Source of the DNA: Bugula neritina
Taxonomy: Eukaryota; Animalia; Bryozoa
DNA: 64,000 bases
Reading direction: 5' to 3'
Assembly: GCA_964035545.1 (NCBI GenBank)
Contig: OZ037769.1
Span: 15,654,633 to 15,718,632 of the forward strand
Position numbers and translations under genes: made by a program. Positions 53,627 to 64,000 of the stretch are shown here, piece by piece; position 1 is the first letter of the stretch; each line of letters starts with the position of its first letter. Under the pieces are notes generated by a model, which was not told the origin of the DNA, did not search any database, and was given only the letters and a program-made list of their open reading frames with translations.

Positions 53627-56600
53627 ATGGCTGATACAAAGAAGGTGATTGACGCTTACAAGCAGTTAGTTCAAGAATGGAACAGAAAGCCAGCTAATTT
53701 AGAAAAATGTGGAACCATTCTTGATTCGTTAAAAGTATGTATTACTTTTACAACAATTTAGTAATTAGATGTAATTAAAATTTGAAGCACTTCTAAAACT
53801 AAGTATCGTGCAAAGTCATTAGTGATTAGAAAATCAAGATAAAAATGAATGAATTGATAAAATTGAAATTAACTTGAGCCTAAACTCTCACTGTAGCTCT
53901 TCTACGACTACAACCGTAATGGCCTATTTGTTAATTAATGGTTACTTAATATTTAGTTAGGTGTTTTACTGTTTGAATTCTTTTGAAAGTGAAATAAAGC
54001 TGGTAGCTTAAGCTTTCACTTTTCAGTTTGAGTTTCGGCATTAAATTTAAATTTTATTTTTGTATTTTATTGATACTGGGTCTTTGTCGTACTGAAACTC
54101 AAAATCTTAGTCATAGTCATACCGAAACTTTTAATTGGAACCTTTTATTCAATTATAGTATTCAATATTTTTATTGAATATCAAAAGTAAATTTAAATAC
54201 AATATTTTAATTTATACAATTCTAGTTGTACGCTTGTGTGCAAAAATTTAAATGAAAAGGGTTTAAAAAGATTTAAATGAAATATTAAATATGCCCTATA
54301 ACTCTTACCACTCTAACACTCAAAATCTATTAAGCAAAAAATACATCATAGCTTCAGTATCTAAACTCGAGCGTCTCAGTGTCTGTAAAATGGCAAATGT
54401 TTGAGATTAAACTATGATCGAATTGTGAACTACATAAAATAAAAATTGAAAATTCTTGTTTTGTATTTAGCAACATTTTGCTGCTGCTTATAGTTGAATG
54501 CTGTCTACATTCAAACTCTTTTATTCTGTGTAGCTCGCCCTCACTGAAATTAGTTACCTGCCTATGGCTGGTGCACCAGCATCTAAACAAGAACTACTGA
54601 TTGCTCGTAAGTTCCTTCAAAATTGTCTCCAGCGTAACTAAACATTGTCGTTGAGGCACTTTGAGGCGTTGTCTTCTCATTGCATTTTTAGCAATTATTT
54701 ATGAAATGAAACATTCTACTTTGCAAGTTTTAGTCAAAAGAAATATTATTGTTAACTAGAAGATTTAATCGATTGTTTAAAATATTTGAGAATTAAACTA
54801 ATGGAGTATGATTAAACTAGTAGAAGATTTTTACTGACATTTTCACCATCCGTATTTTTATGTTTTTAGCTTACATCCTTTTCCTAGCGTCTGCTTATAT
54901 ATTAAAACAAAAGTCTCTGCTAATATTTAGGCAGGTTACACACATGTCCATGTATCATAAAATATTTACTAACTAAACGTTATATGCAGATCGGACTGAC
55001 GAAAATGTAATGTTTATAATTTAGTAAATTATGTTTCAGGAGATATTTTAGAGATTGGGGCGCAATGGGCCATAGCCAAGGAGGACATACCAGTGTTTGA
55101 GCGGTATATGGCTCAACTGAAGTGCTACTTCTTTGACTACAAGTATGTTGTGCTTTATACCCTAGTCTTTTAGAATCGGAAAATTTGGGACTTGATGTTT
55201 CATATATATGTGTATATCCGAAATACAAATCAGGAATATATAGATGATACTGTTGCTATCCACCTTTACTTTCCTATGTTATAGAATATGTTGTATTACA
55301 TTAGTATGTTACATATTACTATATTTTATCATATATAATATATATTATGTGCTATTATATAGTATCATAATAATATAATGTATATTATATGTTACTGTAT
55401 TGGGTCATATATTAATATAACATGTATTATATTTTGTTATATTATATTATATAATACTGTTGTATGGTGTAATATATATTGATATCTGATACAATATAGT
55501 AGCATGTAATATGTATTTTATTTTTATGTCAATACATTGTACGGTATATTAATATATAATATATATTATATTGGGAAAGCTTTGTGCTGCTGAGAATCAG
55601 TAAGTTTTCAATCTCTATAAGAAATAAAAAATTGCTAGTTTGTTGAGTGTTTTTCATTTGTTGTGTTGTATAAAGTTGAAGCTGCAATACTAGATATACT
55701 GTACTGGAGTCGTCTGTACTGTTTCCTTCTGTATTGTATTTCAGTGAAGATCTACCTGAGTCAACTTACAAGTTCCAGTTACTTGGTTTAAACTTACTTC
55801 GACTCTTGGCACAGAATAAGTTGGCAGAGTTCCATACAGTAAGTATATATACTACACTTACATATAGTAAGTGTATATACTACACTTACATGCGGTAAGT
55901 ACATATACTACACTTACATATAGTAAGTGTATATACTACACTTACATACAGTAAGTACATATACTACACTTACATATAGTAAGTATATATACTACACTTA
56001 CATATAGTAAGTGTATATACTACACTTACATATAGTAAGTATATATACTACACTTACATGCAGTAAGTACACATACTACACTTACATATAGTAAGTGTAT
56101 ATACTACACTTACATACAGTAAGTACATATACTACACTTACATATAGTAAGTGTATATACTACACTTACATGCAGTAAGTATATATACTACACTTACATA
56201 TAGTAAGTACATATAGAGGTGAATGTTGTAGGAATTAGAGCTGTTGGATGCGAAGGACATCCACACGAACATATATATTAAACACCCGGTATCTCTAGAA
56301 CAGTACTTAATGGAGGGTAGCTATAACAAGGTACGCAATATGTGTAGAAGTCATTGGTTATATAAGTATATGACACACACCATGCTGCACTATGTTGTGA
56401 TACAAAGTACATATAGTTTTTATATTGTGTTTGTCATATCCCAGTATCTTTATATGTGCATAGTATATAGTATATAGTATAAATATTATATACAGTCATG
56501 GTGTATAGTATATACAGTCACAGTGTATAGTATATACAGTCACAGTGTATAGTATATACAGTCACAGTGTATAGTATATACAGTCACAGTGTATAGTATA

Positions 56601-58164
56601 TACAGTCACAGTGTATAGTATACACATTATACTCAGCGTAACACACAGTGTATAATATGCCGCAGGTATTTGTGGCGAGGGGAAATGTACCTGCAGAGAC
56701 GTACACCTTCTTCATGAATATTCTCGTCGGCACAATCAGGTGAGATATAAGCTCTCAGGACGTTGTTAGTTCTGCTGTTACTACGCCACAGTGCGCATAG
56801 AGTGATGACTTCGAATATTTAAATGGCATTTGTTGGTAAAAGCATTCCTCAACATTTTTAGTATAACATATATTCAATTTTTGGAGTTGTGCTATGAAAT
56901 CAAGTAAACCCTGATTCACTCCGAAGGCTATGTCATCGGACATCCTGTCTCTTGTATGTCAAGCAACATTTTAGCTTTAGTCTACTGACATGATATCTAT
57001 ATGTTTCTCTCTCAGCAGTCATTACTTTGTCTTAGCAAACTGTGTGCTACTCTCTTGTAGAGATGAGATTGCTGCCTGTGCTGAGAAGGCTTACGAGAAG
57101 ATCGCCTTTGCTGACGCAGCAAGAATGCTTTTCTTTGACTCCAACAAACCTATGAAGATCTTTGCGTCACAGGTACTAGTACTACTCACTAGTATTAGTA
57201 CTACTAACTAGTATTAGTACTACTCACTAGTATTAGTACTACTCACTAGTATTAGTACTACTCACTAGTATTAGTACTACTCACTAGTATTAGTACTACT
57301 CACTAGTATTAGTACTACTCACTAGTATTAGTACTACTCACTAGTATTAGTACTACTCACTAGTATTAGTACTACTCACTAGTATTAGTACTACTCACTA
57401 GTATTAGTACTACTCACTAGTATTAGTACTACTCACTAGTATTAGTACTACTCACTAGTATTAGTACTACTCACTAGTATTAGTACTACTCACTAGTATT
57501 AGTACTACTCACTAGTATTAGTATTACTAACTAGTATTAGTACTACTCACTAGTACTACTCACTAGTATCAGTACTACTCGCTAGTATTAGTACTACTCA
57601 CTAGTATTAGTATTACTAACTAGTATTAGTATGACTCACTAGTATTAGTACTACTCACTAGTATCAGTACTACTCACTAGTATCAGTATTACTCACTAGT
57701 ATTAGTATTACTAACTAGTATTAGTAATTATTAACTGGCTCAAAACCTCGCTTAAATCATTTCTAGTTATATTATATTCTCTGTAACTTAATATATAATG
57801 TAACTTGATATATAATATAATTTAATATATAATGTAACTTATTATATAATATAACTCAATAGTAAACTTTATAGATTTTCCAGTTTCACAATTTACTGTA
57901 ACAACTGAAATAGATTATGTAGAATATTTGGGCGTTTCAAGTGTCTAGTTTGAATCTTCTGCTGTAGATAACAAATTAATATCTAAAAGAGCACACGAAT
58001 AGCCTATAACTGTGTCTGCCTATTTTCAGAGAGGGTGGGTGGTTACACCAGACAACCACTTCATATTCAAGCAGAAAGATCACACTATCCTAGAGCCAAT
58101 CAACTCTGTAGACTTAGCTCAGCAGGCTATCAGCTACGCCAGAGAGCTGGAGATGATCATCTAA
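53627..58164 (+). CDS. PSMD8: 26S proteasome non-ATPase regulatory subunit 8 (Rpn12), 8 exons
   Basis: Exons 53627-53734, 54534-54606, 55040-55142, 55745-55838, 56232-56330, 56666-56739, 57061-57172, 58030-58164; all GT-AG and phase-compatible. Motifs [74 protein letters not shown]; AATAAA at ~58258. Confidence 0.97.
55838..56215. repeat. 28-bp minisatellite (~13 copies) filling PSMD8 intron 4
   Basis: Unit agtaagtRtatatactacacttacatat; the first copy contains the real donor. Confidence 0.95.
56488..56625. repeat. 22-bp minisatellite in PSMD8 intron 5 (tatatacagtcacagtgtatag)
   Basis: Direct observation. Confidence 0.92.
57174..57728. repeat. 19-bp minisatellite (~29 copies) starting at the PSMD8 intron 7 donor (agtactactcactagtatt)
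   Basis: Direct observation. Confidence 0.95.
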
Positions 58165-59490
58165 TAGGTTATTACTTCATAATATCCAACTCTGATATAA
58201 CTAGTAAAGTATTATCTAATGTTGATAATTATTATTTACCTGTATTTTCCATTCATAAATAAATCTAAATTATATTCTGCTGGTTGTTTTCAATTTAGTA
58301 TGAAAATATTGTTGAATAATTTGAAATAGACAAGTCCCATTTCTGTTATTACCATCAAAGTCGTTCATTGCTAGACTTGGTCCCCTAATTTACAAGCTAA
58401 ATAGAGATGTATTGGCCCTTTTAGGAATTGTCATACACTGCATGTGCACATTACTGGAATAGTAGGTTGAACGAAGTGTGTGGGTGTTGATGAAAAAATA
58501 TGCTGTAATTTGTGTCTCGATTTATCAGTTTTATTTTCTGAGTACTTTTGAGAAAATGTTTATTTTCGAGAAGACAACTCTATTATTGTAAGACTATCGG
58601 TGATCAAGGGTCAAAGGTGAAACTTGCTTGAAAGCCGATCACTCATTATTTTGCAAGTAGTTTAGATTCTGCAGGGAGTTCCCTGCATACTTACTCATGT
58701 GTGAGAACAACTCCTAGTATAGCCAAATATTCTGTGAGCCAAAGCCCTCAGTGCACATGCATCTGTTTAGAATATAAATATTCGAGTAAATTAACTCAAT
58801 AAAAATTTCTGATGGTGTATTGAAAATAAAATATTTGTGTTAATATAGAGTCATTGATCCTCTGCTTTACAATGTATAAAATGTTGTTGAATGAATAGTG
58901 TTGAATAGAGAAGTGTAACAAAAGCCACTCTTATAGGCAGTTAATGCCTCGTGTTGTTATAGCTGTTAATTGTGCAGTTATGCATTCCTAATGATTTCAC
59001 TAATATTTTACTATACCGGCACTCTGATTACAAACCTACTAGTCTTTGGATTGTGGTTAACTTCAACTAGAGGGCAGGTGAGTGATTTATATATATTTAG
59101 ATATTTTAAGAACTTTGTCCTTTAATATTTGATATTTTAATATATATGAACATGACCTAGTTTTTCTATTTCTTTTCACTAATCTTATTTGATTGACAAT
59201 TAAAACTCTGCGCTTCACCCAACATTCTAGTTACACTAAGGTCTGAGCTACTTAATTTTCAAGTTACCCTTTTTCTTACTTGTATACTTCTACATTTTCT
59301 ATGAAATTTACACCTACCGAGTGGTTGTTTGAACATATTAAGGTGAAGGAAAATGAAGTTGCTTCAAATTGTCATATATTTTTAATACTTTCCATACTTA
59401 CCACGCATAACCACACTGAATGTCTTCTCTCACATTAGTGTGGTGTAAACTTTTCTATGGCCGACATTTTTCGTTTACACCACAGATGAA

Positions 59491-63921
<4,431 letters not shown>

Positions 63922-64000
63922 GTTAGACTGTAGGCCATACTACAAAGTATTATATTATACCCTTATGTATTTATATTATATAGCATTACATTATTTTGTA

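Overview
AT-rich, intron-containing eukaryotic DNA, most consistent with an invertebrate animal genome; the species cannot be determined from this sequence. Genes: (i) five paralogous single-coding-exon genes for small 4-TM, CD20/MS4A-like proteins spread over 0.6-39.6 kb; (ii) Orai (CRAC channel pore subunit, minus strand, 3 coding exons, both introns GC-AG); (iii) PSMD8/Rpn12 (plus, 8 exons); (iv) a TRIM-NHL E3 ligase (plus, runs off the window). Mobile DNA: a very young, rearranged Penelope-like retroelement (RT + GIY-YIG) in (TA)n, carrying minimal hammerhead ribozyme motifs; a second, non-coding hammerhead-bearing element family (retrozyme-like) at 10.1 kb and as a perfect 618-bp palindrome in a TRIM intron, where one copy ends at the predicted cleavage site; a ~9.4-kb element with long inverted ends and a 9-bp TSD between the head-to-head Orai and PSMD8 genes; tRNA-derived SINEs, a MITE, an RTE LINE fragment and many micro/minisatellites. 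Best leads: the hammerhead/retrozyme system, the 4-TM gene array with gene conversion sparing one 12-codon patch, GCAAGT donors, and an intronic array of hairpin-masked splice donors. All exon models, folds and alignments were made by eye; no searches were run.
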